A DNA stretch of 15,463 nucleotides from an uncultured bacterium (GTDB lineage: Bacteria; Lernaellota; Lernaellaia; Lernaellales; Lernaellaceae): positions 1-15,463 of the forward strand of contig CAZHPN010000149.1 in the NCBI GenBank assembly GCA_964534375.1, read 5' to 3'. The position numbers and the translations under genes are program-made. How positions within the stretch are numbered: position 1 is the stretch's first letter; each line of letters starts with the position of its first letter. Below are positions 15,356-15,463 of the stretch, piece after piece. A model generated the notes under the pieces. The model did not search any database, was not told where the DNA came from, and saw nothing but the letters and a program-made list of their open reading frames with translations.

Positions 15356-15463
15356 GGGTGCAACAGAACAGAATCTCCCAGACCGGAATTTAGGCCGGCC
15401 GGCTGTTATCAGGGCTCCGGCATGTTGACTTGCAAATGATTGAAGTTTTGGGATTTGTCTTTT

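Noticed and set aside
13797..15428. 543-aa + strand ORF
   Set aside because: Crosses the sfrA end, tandem repeats and two antisense genes; composition is not protein-like.

Overview
High-GC bacterial chromosomal window. The SfrAB pair, Asp-rich surface proteins and WGxxxxDVFAVG-type repeat remnant suggest a Deltaproteobacteria/Myxococcota-related lineage (inference). Left to right: 5' part of urocanate hydratase hutU (minus, runs off the left edge); a ~640 bp intergenic mosaic of GC hairpins, a dispersed heptamer-containing repeat and a decayed IS200-type (Y1 HUH) transposase fragment; a secreted C25 (gingipain-like) cysteine peptidase ending in an Asp-rich linker plus GGGCGGW tail; a divergent PrsA/SurA-like lipoprotein of two tandem chaperone repeats with no visible parvulin domain, plus a small membrane protein; a second, inverted copy of the dispersed repeat; a 1059-aa lipoprotein (poly-Asp tether, Ig-like stalk, C-terminal two-domain region resembling eukaryotic BPI/LBP/CETP/PLTP lipid-binding proteins) with its own promoter and terminator; a zinc-ribbon membrane protein; a gene remnant; an sfrB-sfrA-type NADPH oxidoreductase pair; heptamer tandem repeats; a small exported Cys-containing protein; and an N-terminally truncated phosphoesterase/phospholipase C. 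The best candidates for new biology are the stalked BPI-like (TULIP) lipoprotein and a possible poly-Asp plus terminal-Cys surface-anchoring scheme. All family calls rest on motif recognition by eye, not database searches.
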